A DNA stretch of 64,000 nt from Rhodospirillaceae bacterium (lineage in GTDB: Bacteria > Pseudomonadota > Alphaproteobacteria > Rhodospirillales > UBA2165). Made by a program: the position numbers and the translations under genes. Below the pieces are notes generated by a model, which saw nothing but the letters and a program-made list of their open reading frames with translations, was not told the origin of the DNA and searched no databases. Numbering within the stretch: the first letter of the stretch is position 1; each line of letters begins with the position of its first letter. This document shows positions 21,387 through 30,381 of this stretch, piece after piece. The stretch covers positions 26,507 through 90,506 of the forward strand of contig JAYPHU010000012.1 in the NCBI GenBank assembly GCA_038127535.1, read 5' to 3'.

Positions 21387-22250
21387 ATGCCCATGAACAA
21401 GATCAGCACCCCACGCCAATCCCCGCACGCCGACACGGTTCGCCGCGTTTGCGAGATCATCAATGCGGCGGAAGACGGCGCGCCCACCCTGGCCGAGCTT
21501 GGCCGGGCGGTGGACCTCAGCCCCTATCATCTGCAACACATTTTCAAGAAAGCGACCGGCATGTCGCCCTGGGACTATGCGGACTCCCGGCGGGAAACCC
21601 GGCTGAAGGAAGAGCTCCGCAAAGGATCGAACGTCACCGACGCCATGTATGAGGCCGGTTTCAGCGGCCCTAGCCGGCTCTGCGAAAACGCCAAGTCCCG
21701 CCTGGGCATGACGCCGGCCAGTTTCGGCAAAGGCGGCAAGGGCGCGGTCATTTCCTACGGGTTCGGTCAGTGTAGTATCGGCCACGTCATCGTCGCCGCT
21801 ACCGAGCACGGAATTTGCTTCGTCGGATTCGGTGACTCGGAGCCGGATCTGATCGGCGAGTTGGCGGCCGACTATCCGGCGGCGGAGCTGCGGGAAGACG
21901 CGGACGCGGTTTCGGCACTGATCGATGTCGTTGCGGCGCTAACCGATCACGGCGCCGCGCCGGCCATCGACGTCGCCATAGACGTTCAGGCCACGGCGTT
22001 TCAGCGGCTGGTCTGGGATACGCTCCAATCCATCCCCGCCGGCCAGACCATGACCTACGGCAAAATCGCCGAAGCCATCGGCAAGCCCAAGGCAGCCCGC
22101 GCCGTCGGCTGGGCCTGCGCCACCAATCCGGTCTCCATGGTCATCCCATGTCACCGGGCAGTAGGCTCGACCGGCGCGCTGACCGGTTATCGTTGGGGCA
22201 CGGCACGAAAAAGTGCCCTGCTCCGCTCGGAGCAAGGGCGCTCTCCGTAA
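21387..22250 (+). CDS. AraC-type HTH fused to methylated-DNA-protein-cysteine methyltransferase (Ada/Ogt-like)
   Basis: The N-terminal half is an AraC HTH (LAELGRAVDLSPYHLQHIFKK). The C-terminal half is an MGMT domain with the active site PCHRAV. Confidence 0.88.
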   Translation: MPMNKISTPRQSPHADTVRRVCEIINAAEDGAPTLAELGRAVDLSPYHLQHIFKKATGMSPWDYADSRRETRLKEELRKGSNVTDAMYEAGFSGPSRLCENAKSRLGMTPASFGKGGKGAVISYGFGQCSIGHVIVAATEHGICFVGFGDSEPDLIGELAADYPAAELREDADAVSALIDVVAALTDHGAAPAIDVAIDVQATAFQRLVWDTLQSIPAGQTMTYGKIAEAIGKPKAARAVGWACATNPVSMVIPCHRAVGSTGALTGYRWGTARKSALLRSEQGRSP

Positions 22251-22263
22251 AGAAGATTACGGG

Positions 22264-22539
22264 TTACTTGTCTTTGGAAACTTGATCCACACCCGCGCCG
22301 GCGGCAATCGCGCCACCGCAGACCAGCAGAGCCGGCGGGAAGAAGGCAATGGCGACGCCGCACGCGGCAACACCGGTGCTCACACCAGGATTTTCCTTCA
22401 CCGTCTCAACGGATTTATCCACGGCATTTTCGACCATGCCTTTATCGTTCATTTCCTTTTTGGCGTGGCTCGCCGCGAAACCCTGGGAAACGAAGCTAAT
22501 CATCGCAAGGGCGGCAACCGTCATCGTAAGAAAGCGCAT
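22264..22539 (-). CDS. Small secreted/membrane hypothetical protein
   Basis: ORF 22264..22632 trimmed to ATG 22539 (MRFLTMTVAALAMISFVSQGFAAS..), with a GGAGAG SD 6 nt upstream. It has a signal peptide and a Gly/Ala-rich hydrophobic C-terminus. Confidence 0.5.
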   Translation of the reverse strand: MRFLTMTVAALAMISFVSQGFAASHAKKEMNDKGMVENAVDKSVETVKENPGVSTGVAACGVAIAFFPPALLVCGGAIAAGAGVDQVSKDK

Positions 22540-22628
22540 ATTCATCTCTCCGAAGTCACTAAAAATGTTTAACCTAGAACGCCTGCGACCAGTATAGCCG
22601 AAAACATCCCGTTTGGGCCAACACCTAT

Positions 22629-23090
22629 TCAAATCTGCAGGTCTAATGTCCGGTGCAGCCGGTCAGCGGCGGTTTTGGCGAACCGCACATGCTGGGTCTT
22701 CCTACGGGCGGCATTCATGGATACGACCGGCGCCTCCCGCAAGACCGCGGCATTGTAGGCATCCGCGATGATAATCCCGCAGTCCTCCGGCAGAATTTCC
22801 ACCGGGAACCCGTTGGCCACGGCGAAATAGAGTTGATCGCCAAAGGGCTGATACTCCGGCCATTTGTTATCGGCCTTAAAATCCGGCACCGAGGATTTCA
22901 CCTCGACAATGACGAATCGCCCGCCCTTGTCCAAACCGATTACATCCACCCGCCGGTTGGTTTTCAGTTTAAACTCGGTCAGCGGACTGTAGCCCAGATT
23001 GCGGAGATACCGGCAAACTCCGCGCACGATGTCATCGGCGGCGAACGGTCCCAGGACCGGCAAATCCTCCTCATATTCGAATTTGTTCAT
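22629..23090 (-). CDS. mmcB: MmcB family DNA-repair protein (PD-(D/E)xK nuclease-like)
   Basis: 153-aa ORF. RRVDVIGLDKGGRFVIVEVKSS fits a restriction-endonuclease-like core and resembles Caulobacter MmcB family proteins. An SOS box lies upstream. Confidence 0.75.
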   Translation of the reverse strand: MNKFEYEEDLPVLGPFAADDIVRGVCRYLRNLGYSPLTEFKLKTNRRVDVIGLDKGGRFVIVEVKSSVPDFKADNKWPEYQPFGDQLYFAVANGFPVEILPEDCGIIIADAYNAAVLREAPVVSMNAARRKTQHVRFAKTAADRLHRTLDLQI

Positions 23091-23124
23091 GAAAAGTTCT
23101 CCCCTAACCCTTAGCTATACGATA

Positions 23125-23139
23125 GAACAAGCCGCGAAC
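23125..23139 (-). promoter_or_regulatory. Alphaproteobacterial SOS (LexA) box GAAC-N7-GAAC upstream of mmcB
   Basis: GAACAAGCCGCGAAC at 23125-23139, 35-49 nt upstream of the mmcB start. It is an exact match to the direct-repeat consensus GTTC-N7-GTTC on the gene strand. Confidence 0.5.
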
Positions 23140-23184
23140 GCAAGTTTCCTGGAAACACCGGCGGCCTTGGCCTACTCTACCGCC

Positions 23185-23619
23185 ATGACCGAGGCCATCC
23201 TCCAACAATCGCAGCAGACCCTAAGCCGCACCACGGACGGCCAGGGGCTCTACGAGATGACGCGGGAGATCAGCGATTGGACTGAAGGTCAGGACATCGA
23301 GACCGGTCTGCTGACCCTCTATTGCCGGCATACGTCCGCATCTTTGGTAATCCAGGAAAACGCCGATCCTGACGTGATGCGGGACCTGCAATCCTTCTTC
23401 AAGGCCCTGGTGCCCGAAGATACGTCCCTCTACCGCCATTTGGCGGAAGGGGCTGATGATATGCCGGCCCACATCAAAGGCGCGCTGACCGCCACCTCCC
23501 TCGGTATCCCTGTAACCGATGGCCGGCTGGCACTCGGCACCTGGCAGGGCATTTACCTGTTCGAACACCGGTTCCGGCCTCATCGGCGGGATATCGTCCT
23601 GCACCTCCAGGGAACCTGA
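23185..23619 (+). CDS. yjbQ: YjbQ family (UPF0047) secondary thiamine-phosphate synthase-like protein
   Basis: ORF 22999..23619 trimmed to ATG 23185. LTLYCRHTSASLVIQENADPDV..DDMPAHIK..GTWQGIYLFEHR is typical of YjbQ. Confidence 0.85.
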   Translation: MTEAILQQSQQTLSRTTDGQGLYEMTREISDWTEGQDIETGLLTLYCRHTSASLVIQENADPDVMRDLQSFFKALVPEDTSLYRHLAEGADDMPAHIKGALTATSLGIPVTDGRLALGTWQGIYLFEHRFRPHRRDIVLHLQGT

Positions 23620-23623
23620 CCCG

Positions 23624-25591
23624 GTGGCCGATCCTCTGCGCGAAAAGTTGGAGGCCGGGTTGCACCGTCATCAGTCGGGCGACCTGGCCGGTGCTGAAGA
23701 CATCTACCGCGAGGTGCTTTCCGCCGATCCCGATCATCGCGACGCGACCCATTTCCTGGGGCTCATCGCCTTGCAGCAAGGTGCGGTGGATCTGGCGATC
23801 GACCTCATCGAGCGGGCGATTGCCTTGGCCCCGGACCGGCCCACTTTTCACACCAACTTGGGCGCGGCGCTTCTCGCCGCCGGAAATGATGCGGGCGCCC
23901 TGGCCGCTTACCGGGAGACTGTCCGCCTGGAACCAGATAATCCCGACGCGCTACAAAACTTGGGCAGCCTGTTGGGCAAGACCCGACAATTTAAGGAAGC
24001 GGAGACGGTGTTGCGCCAGGCGCTGACCCACCGGCCCGACTTTCCCGAAGCCCTCTGCACCCTGGCGGCCGCGCTGAACGGGCTCAACCGGGCGAATGAA
24101 GCGGCGGAAGCGGCACGCCGCGCCACCAAGCTGTCACCCGGTCTTGCCGACGCCTGGACCAATTTGGGCAACGCGTTGGAAAGGCTGAAACAGCCGGCGG
24201 ACGCCGAAGCCGCCCACCGTCGGGCGATTGAGGCTGATCCGGCCGTCGCTCTGCCCCACTACAATCTGGGGAACCTGCTGAACGATAGCTGGCGCACGGA
24301 GGACGGGATCAAGGAACTCCGCACCGCCCTGGAGATTGATCCGGACTATACGCCGGCACAGGGCAATCTCTTGCTCAATCTGTTGTACGTGCCGGACCAG
24401 ACCGAAGAGACCCTGTTCTGGGAACATACCCGCTGGATGTCCAGACAGCCTGCGACCGGAGGAACAAACCACGCGAACGATCCGGACCCCAATAAACGGC
24501 TCCGCATCGGTTATGTCTCACCGGATTTCCGCACCCATTCCTGTGCCTACTTTCTTGAACCCCTGCTTACAGCGCACGACAAGGAAGCCGTCGAGATATT
24601 CGCCTACGCCAATGTGGAACACAAAGATGAGATGACCCGTCGGTTGCGGTCCCATACCCACCATTGGCGGGATATTTGGGGATTATCTAATGAGGCAGCC
24701 GCCGATCTGATCCGGGAGGACGGGATCGATATCCTGGTGGACCTGGCCGGACACAGCGCCAACAACCGCTTGGGCCTGTTTGCCCTAAAACCCGCGCCGG
24801 TACAGGTGGCTTGGCTCGGCTATCCGGCCACCACGGGATTGGACGGGATCGGCTACCGGCTTACGGATGACATCGCCGATCCGCCGGGCGAGGCGGATCA
24901 ATGGCACTCGGAAGAGCTGATCCGGCTGGAGGGCGGCTTTCACTGCTATGAGGGGCCCGTTGACGCGCCCGAGATCGCGCCCCTGCTGAATCGGGGCGCC
25001 GGCGGAATCACCTTTGGGTCGTTCAATAATATTTCCAAAATCACACCGGCGACGGTCTCCGTCTGGGCGAAGATTCTGACGGGCGTCCAAGGATCAAGAC
25101 TGATGCTGAAAGGCCGGATGCTGGATCACGAGATCGCGCGTGACCGGCTGCGCGCCGCCTTCGAAGATTGCGGTGTTTCAGCGGACCGGCTGGACCTGCG
25201 CCAGTGGATCCCCCGTGATCAGTCGCCCTTGTCCCTCTATGACGAGGTGGATATTGCGCTAGATACCTTTCCCTACAACGGCACCACGACGACCTTCGAA
25301 GCCCTCTGGATGGGGGTGCCCGTGGTCTCCATGACGGGTAGCCGCCATGCGGCGCGGGTCGGGGCGTCAATTCTTCAGAATATCGGCCTGCCGGAGCTGA
25401 TCACAGAAACCGAAGAACAGTACGTGGCGACAGCGATCAATCTCGCCGGCAAGGCAGACCAGCGGGAAACGATGCGGCTGGTGTTGCGGGACCGCCTGAA
25501 AACCTCGTCTTTAGGCGACGCGGCGAGCTTTGCCGCCAAGATGGAGGTCGCGTACCAGAACATATGGCAATCATGGTGCCGAAAAGCATAG
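23624..25591 (+). CDS. TPR-repeat protein with C-terminal GT41 (SPINDLY/O-GlcNAc-transferase-like) glycosyltransferase domain
   Basis: The N-terminus carries TPR repeats (AEDIYREVLSADPDHRDATHFLGLIALQQG ..). The C-terminus (RIGYVSPDFRTHS..GYPATTG..FGSFNN) matches GT41. Start taken as GTG 23624, just after the yjbQ stop. Confidence 0.85.
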   Translation: MADPLREKLEAGLHRHQSGDLAGAEDIYREVLSADPDHRDATHFLGLIALQQGAVDLAIDLIERAIALAPDRPTFHTNLGAALLAAGNDAGALAAYRETVRLEPDNPDALQNLGSLLGKTRQFKEAETVLRQALTHRPDFPEALCTLAAALNGLNRANEAAEAARRATKLSPGLADAWTNLGNALERLKQPADAEAAHRRAIEADPAVALPHYNLGNLLNDSWRTEDGIKELRTALEIDPDYTPAQGNLLLNLLYVPDQTEETLFWEHTRWMSRQPATGGTNHANDPDPNKRLRIGYVSPDFRTHSCAYFLEPLLTAHDKEAVEIFAYANVEHKDEMTRRLRSHTHHWRDIWGLSNEAAADLIREDGIDILVDLAGHSANNRLGLFALKPAPVQVAWLGYPATTGLDGIGYRLTDDIADPPGEADQWHSEELIRLEGGFHCYEGPVDAPEIAPLLNRGAGGITFGSFNNISKITPATVSVWAKILTGVQGSRLMLKGRMLDHEIARDRLRAAFEDCGVSADRLDLRQWIPRDQSPLSLYDEVDIALDTFPYNGTTTTFEALWMGVPVVSMTGSRHAARVGASILQNIGLPELITETEEQYVATAINLAGKADQRETMRLVLRDRLKTSSLGDAASFAAKMEVAYQNIWQSWCRKA

Positions 25592-25762
25592 GGTGGCTCC
25601 CGGATCGCTGAATTTTTGCCCATATTTTGGTAATTCCCCGTGATTACGCGCGGGATCACGAAATTTCAAGGGAGAGTAATCCTCTTGCCGGCCCTATTTT
25701 TTGACGAATGGTTATGAGCACATCCGCCGCCGCCCCTGATCAAAGCACCGGCGCCCACGCCG

Positions 25763-26116
25763 ATGACAAATGTCTGGCGGGTGCTGGTCATCGACGAAGA
25801 TATGGGCGTGCATGCGGAAGTTGGGAGGGCGCTTCGTGCACTGAAAGTCACTGACATTCAAAGCGCCACCTCGACCCAGCAGGCGCTTTCCATGCTCAGC
25901 CAATTCCGGGCCAATCTTATCATTCTGGATATCCAGATCAGGGTTGCGGCCGGGCTGAACTTCCTGCGCATGCTGCCCGCCGGTCAGACTGAAGCCGACA
26001 GGCACATGCCGGTGGTAGTTATCGCTCGCAACATGGATCAGGAGCTAGGGCAGAAGTCCTGTGACTCGGGCATTCACAATTTTATTCGTAAGCCGCTCGT
26101 GGCGGAAAATCTATAG
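25763..26116 (+). CDS. Response-regulator receiver domain, ending abruptly inside helix alpha-5
   Basis: VLVIDED .. LIILDIQI .. IRKPLVAENL then TAG. The acidic pocket, the phospho-acceptor Asp and the conserved Lys-Pro are all present. Only 6 residues follow KP. The next gene lies in the same frame (see findings). Confidence 0.75.
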   Translation: MTNVWRVLVIDEDMGVHAEVGRALRALKVTDIQSATSTQQALSMLSQFRANLIILDIQIRVAAGLNFLRMLPAGQTEADRHMPVVVIARNMDQELGQKSCDSGIHNFIRKPLVAENL

Positions 26117-26173
26117 AAACGCCTGGCGTCCACGCTAAAGAAGCCAACACGGCTGATCGCCGCCGCCAAACCG

Positions 26174-26788
26174 ATGTCGGCCACGGTGGAATCCCCGACG
26201 GCCAAGCCACAGGCGAAGGCCAAAACCGGCGGCGGCATTGAGGCGGCAGCCCCGGCCAAGACAAAGAACGACAAGGACAGTTGGCAAGACGCGCTGGGCG
26301 ATGCCCAGAAGAAAGCGAAAGCCAACGAGGACCTCGGCATTGATGTGGCGGCGGTTGTTTCCGGTCACGAAGCCTGGCTGGCCAGCAAGGGCGCTCAGGG
26401 TGAGAAAGCGAGTTTGAACAAAGCGGAACTGGCCGGGGCCGATCTGTCGGGGGCCAATCTGGCCAGTGCCAATATGCGGGACGCCGACCTGGAAGGGGCG
26501 AACTTGTCGGCGGCCAACTTGTTGGATGTGGATTTACGCAGCGCCAACATTTGCGCCGCTCAGTTGAAGGAAACAACCCTCGATAACGCCAAACTACGCC
26601 ATGCGGAAATGAAGGGCGCGATTCTGCTGGAAGCCGGGCTGAAGGGCGCGGATTTCAAGGGCGCGAACCTGCTCAGCACCGATATCCGGGGCGCCAAGCT
26701 GATGGGCGCGAACTTGACGCAGAAACAGATTGATCAAGCGCGGGGCGATGAGACCACGGAACTGCCCCCCGGTCTTTTCATCAAATAA
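26174..26788 (+). CDS. Pentapeptide-repeat protein
   Basis: It has a Lys/Ala-rich N-terminal linker. This is followed by tandem A(D/N)LxX pentapeptides (AELAGADLSGANLASANMRDADLEGANLSAANLLDVDLRSANI...). Confidence 0.8.
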   Translation: MSATVESPTAKPQAKAKTGGGIEAAAPAKTKNDKDSWQDALGDAQKKAKANEDLGIDVAAVVSGHEAWLASKGAQGEKASLNKAELAGADLSGANLASANMRDADLEGANLSAANLLDVDLRSANICAAQLKETTLDNAKLRHAEMKGAILLEAGLKGADFKGANLLSTDIRGAKLMGANLTQKQIDQARGDETTELPPGLFIK

Positions 26789-26805
26789 GAAATATAGCTG
26801 GCCGA

Positions 26806-27345
26806 CTACTCGGCCGCCGAGTTGCTCTCATGCACCCAGGAAGCGTGGTGCTGGACGGTCTTGGTCCGTTGCCATTCCTCGAGCATGTCCGGCGCGGTGG
26901 AGCGCAATTTTTCCATCATCTCCGGCGTTTCCGTGCGCAGCGTCAATTCCAGCCGGTGGCCGCTCGGGTCATGGAAATAGATCGACCGGCAGAAGCCATG
27001 ATCGGTCGGACCGATGACATCCACGCCAGCATCAATCAATGCCTGCTTGCGTTCCAGCAACTCCTCTTCGCTTTCCACCACCAGGGCCAGATGCTGAACC
27101 CAGGCCGGCGTGTTGGTGTCTACCATGGCGGGCGGGGATTCCGGCACCTCGAAGAAGGCGACGCACCCACCATCCTTCATGGCGAAGAAAATGTGCATGT
27201 AGGGGCATTTCTCGCCCGTAGACGGCACCGTGTCCTCGGACACGGCCGCATAGTATTCGAGCCCCAAAATATCGGTATAAAATTTCGCCGTCTCGCCCGC
27301 GTCGGTGCAGCGGTAAGCGACGTGATGCAGCATTTGAACAGCCAT
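26806..27345 (-). CDS. VOC family protein (glyoxalase / extradiol dioxygenase fold)
   Basis: 179-aa ORF. The N-terminus LHHVAYRCTDAGETAKFYTDILGLEY is typical of VOC modules. Confidence 0.85.
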   Translation of the reverse strand: MAVQMLHHVAYRCTDAGETAKFYTDILGLEYYAAVSEDTVPSTGEKCPYMHIFFAMKDGGCVAFFEVPESPPAMVDTNTPAWVQHLALVVESEEELLERKQALIDAGVDVIGPTDHGFCRSIYFHDPSGHRLELTLRTETPEMMEKLRSTAPDMLEEWQRTKTVQHHASWVHESNSAAE

Positions 27346-27464
27346 GAGAGCCTCCTTCCCGCTATCGGTCGTGGCCCAATCCTACGCCTTTCCCCCACCT
27401 TCACGCAAGAAAGCGCTGCGAAGGCCTTGAGTCCAACGCTTACCCCTTCTACCAATAGGTCCCC

Positions 27465-28178
27465 ATGACCGACCGTATCGAAATTTCCCGCGAACTCGTT
27501 CAATCGGGCGAGTTGGAGCGTATCGTTAAGGAATACGAGCGCGAGGGAAACTTTACCCTGATGGACCCGGACGAGCGGGACGCCACCCGCCATCGGCTTT
27601 TGGCCGACCTGACGGAAGACGAAGATGTCTGGCTGTTCGCTTACGGCTCACTCATCTGGAATCCGACCATCGAGTTTCTTGAGAAACGCGCAGGCACGTT
27701 GCACGGATTTCACCGGCAATTCTGTTTGAAGACCCTGATGGGCCGGGGCACGCCGGACAATCCGGGCCTCACCCTGGCGCTGGAACCGGGCGGGGAATGC
27801 TGCGGCATTCTGTTCCGGGTCGCCGCCGCCGAGCGGGAGCAGGAGCTAAAAATCGTCTGGGGGCGGGAGATGCTGTCCGGCGCCTACCGGCCCCAGTGGG
27901 TCGAGGTCGAGACGGAGCAGGAAACAGTGCGCGCCATCGCCTTCACCATGAACCACGACTATCCAAACTACACCGGCCCCTTGCCGGAAGAGCACATCGT
28001 CAACACCATGGCGACGGCCATAGGACCCTTGGGCGGCTGTTGGGAGTATTTGTTTCAAACCTGCGAGCATTTGGCCGATAATGATCTGGACGACAGCCAC
28101 CTGACCCGGCTCAGGGAACTGACCTTGGCTCATCCGGGGTTCATCGGCCGGGACCAAGTGGATCGAGACGGAATATAG
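27465..28178 (+). CDS. chaC: ChaC family gamma-glutamylcyclotransferase
   Basis: Carries the WLFAYGSLIWNP motif and a ChaC-like length of 237 aa. Confidence 0.85.
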   Translation: MTDRIEISRELVQSGELERIVKEYEREGNFTLMDPDERDATRHRLLADLTEDEDVWLFAYGSLIWNPTIEFLEKRAGTLHGFHRQFCLKTLMGRGTPDNPGLTLALEPGGECCGILFRVAAAEREQELKIVWGREMLSGAYRPQWVEVETEQETVRAIAFTMNHDYPNYTGPLPEEHIVNTMATAIGPLGGCWEYLFQTCEHLADNDLDDSHLTRLRELTLAHPGFIGRDQVDRDGI

Positions 28179-28191
28179 TTCGGGGGACAAA

Positions 28192-29217
28192 ATGGCAGGC
28201 GCAAATCCCATTGACGGCTTTCAGGTCGATCCGGCGGAGATCAAGTATCTCGGCGAGGACCTGCAGCGCCCGGAATGCATCCTGGCCAAACCGGACGGCA
28301 CGCTCTGGGCCGCCGATGCCAGAGGCGGCGTGGTGAAGCTCAGCGCCGACGGCAGCCAGGAAATCATCACCCAGAATCACGGCGGCGCCTTTTCCGGCGC
28401 ATCGGACGAGGAATCCCGCTTTACCGAGGGCACCTTGCCCAACGGTCTCGCCTTCGGCAAAGAGGGCCAAATCTATATCTCCAACTTCGGCACGGATGTG
28501 CTGGAAGTCATGGAACCCGACGGCAAGACCAGCCTGATGTTTGATACGATCGACGGGCAGCCCATCGGTAAAGTGAACTTCGTCCTCCGGGATTCAAAGG
28601 ACCGCCTGTGGCTGACCATCTCGACGCGGATCAAAAACTGGATGGAAGCGGTCAGCCCCAACGTGGCGGACGGCTATATCGCACTGGCGGACGAGAACGG
28701 GCTCCATGTAGTGACAGACGGGTTGGCATTTACCAACGAAGTGCGCCTCGACGCGAATGAGGAGTATCTCTACATCGTCGAGACCTGCGGCCAGCGCATT
28801 TCCCGGATGAAGGTGACGGCGGACGGGTCCCTCTCCAACCGGGAGACCTATGGCCCGTCGAAGCTGGGCCACGGCGGCTTCCCGGACGGCATCGCCTTCG
28901 ACGCCTTTGGCAATCTTTGGGGCACGCTGATATTCTCCGATCAGATTTTTGCCATTACCCCGGATGGGGACTATCGCACTATCCTGGATGATGACAATTT
29001 GGCGGCGACCGAAGCCCTGGAAGCGGCGTTCGTGGCGGACGAGGTCACGCCGGAATTGATGCTGGCCACCGGCGGGACCATCGCCAATTGGTTCGCCAGC
29101 GTCACCTTCGGCGGGGCGGATTTGAAGACCTGCTGCATCGGCAGTCTGCGCGGCAGGCGCATCCCCTATTTCCCGTCGCCGGTCGCCGGGCTCCCCATGG
29201 CGCACTGGAACGACTAG
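28192..29217 (+). CDS. SMP-30 / gluconolactonase / LRE family protein
   Basis: 341-aa beta-propeller-like ORF with PECILAKPDGTLWAAD, PNGLAF and PDGIAFD repeats. Confidence 0.85.
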   Translation: MAGANPIDGFQVDPAEIKYLGEDLQRPECILAKPDGTLWAADARGGVVKLSADGSQEIITQNHGGAFSGASDEESRFTEGTLPNGLAFGKEGQIYISNFGTDVLEVMEPDGKTSLMFDTIDGQPIGKVNFVLRDSKDRLWLTISTRIKNWMEAVSPNVADGYIALADENGLHVVTDGLAFTNEVRLDANEEYLYIVETCGQRISRMKVTADGSLSNRETYGPSKLGHGGFPDGIAFDAFGNLWGTLIFSDQIFAITPDGDYRTILDDDNLAATEALEAAFVADEVTPELMLATGGTIANWFASVTFGGADLKTCCIGSLRGRRIPYFPSPVAGLPMAHWND

Positions 29218-29226
29218 GATGAACCG

Positions 29227-29766
29227 GTGACTGACGCGCTCTATCAGATGACGGCCGAATACAATCCGGTGCACGACAGGATTCTCTTCCGCGTCAGCAC
29301 CCAGAAACGGTTCGAGTACCGGGTCTGGCTGACCCGGCGCATCGTCAAAACCCTCTGGGGCGTGGCGGTCAAATCCTTCGAAGCGGAAGCCGTCGCCGAA
29401 GTGCCGGCCCCGGCCGCCCAGGAAAAACCCCGGGTCAAACAGGCGGTCATGTCCATGAAGCACCGGGAAGCCGTCCAATCCAGCGACTTCACCAAGAAAC
29501 ACGACACCAAGACCAAGCCGCCCCCCGATGTGGAGCGGCCCTTGCTGGCCGTCGCGGCGGAGATCGGCAAAACCCCGGAAGGCGTGACCCGCCTGATTTT
29601 CCACACCACCGAGCGCAAGGATATAAACCTCAATTTGAATGAGAAAATGCTCCACGCGGTATGTCATATTCTGCAGCAGGCGGCGGACAAGGCCGGCTGG
29701 GACCTGCAATTAAAGGTCGGCGACGCCGGCGGGGTCATGACCGGAAACACGGCCACGCTGAATTAA
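29227..29766 (+). CDS. Hypothetical protein
   Basis: 179-aa ORF with a GTG start. Its coding-like composition matches the neighbouring genes. No recognisable motif. Confidence 0.55.
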   Translation: MTDALYQMTAEYNPVHDRILFRVSTQKRFEYRVWLTRRIVKTLWGVAVKSFEAEAVAEVPAPAAQEKPRVKQAVMSMKHREAVQSSDFTKKHDTKTKPPPDVERPLLAVAAEIGKTPEGVTRLIFHTTERKDINLNLNEKMLHAVCHILQQAADKAGWDLQLKVGDAGGVMTGNTATLN

Positions 29767-29811
29767 ATTTTCACCAGGGACGGGACCCTGGACAAAGATA
29801 TCGAGAAAAAT

Positions 29812-30381
29812 ATGGAAGCCGCAAGCGCCCTCATCGACGCGGTCATGGACTTCGCCGTGGACTATGGGTTCCAGATTTTGGGCGCTCTGGTGTTTCTGCT
29901 CATCGGCCTCAAAGTCTCCGGCGTGGTGCAGGATATTACCCTGGCAGCCACCCAACTGGTCGGCGAAGACTGGGAGGTGATCACCATCCCCAACAAGGAA
30001 ATAGTCGGCCAGGTGATCGTCAATTTCCAGGAGAAGCGCATCGTTGAAACCCTCATCGCCATCGGCTATGAGAAAGATACGGACAAAGCCATCGCCACTC
30101 TTCGGTACGCCGTCACCGCCATCCCCGGCCTGGCCGGAGAGCCCGCGCCGCAGATCGGCGTGCATGATTTCACCTATGGCGGTGTGATCATCGGACTTCG
30201 TTTTTGGGTGCCGACCAGCAATTATTTCCATCAGCGCTATCGGATCAAAGGCGCGTTGCTGGCTGCCCTCAGGCAAGCCAGTATCGCCTTGATGCCGGCC
30301 GCAGGCGTTTCCGTCGCCGCGCCGGCGCTGACCGCCGATCATGAGGACAATGCCCCGCCGCCACCGGTCGCGACCAGCTGA
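29812..30381 (+). CDS. MscS-family fragment: N-terminal TM helix fused directly to the C-terminal beta/alpha-beta domains, with the pore helix absent
   Basis: After one TM helix (FQILGALVFLLIGLKVSG), ..EVITIPNKEIVGQVIVNFQ.. and the following domain match the MscS cytoplasmic part. The Gly/Ala-rich TM3 pore helix is missing. At 189 aa it is short against my recollection of roughly 270 aa or more for typical members. Confidence 0.6.
   Translation: MEAASALIDAVMDFAVDYGFQILGALVFLLIGLKVSGVVQDITLAATQLVGEDWEVITIPNKEIVGQVIVNFQEKRIVETLIAIGYEKDTDKAIATLRYAVTAIPGLAGEPAPQIGVHDFTYGGVIIGLRFWVPTSNYFHQRYRIKGALLAALRQASIALMPAAGVSVAAPALTADHEDNAPPPPVATS

Noticed and set aside
29215-29229. SMP-30 gene, the following hypothetical gene and the MscS fragment all lie in the same frame, separated only by a stop (TAG at 29215, TAA at 29764): further interrupted fusions?
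   Set aside because: The SMP-30 domain is complete at a normal length, and the next ORF has its own GTG/ATG start and unrelated sequence. Same-frame adjacency of three genes has a chance probability of roughly 1 in 9, so I treat it as coincidence.
28594-29709. 371-aa minus-strand ORF spanning the SMP-30 gene and the following hypothetical gene
   Set aside because: It is antisense to two co-directional plus-strand genes, one with clear family motifs. It has the same Arg/Gly-rich antisense signature and crosses an intergenic gap without any start or SD logic.
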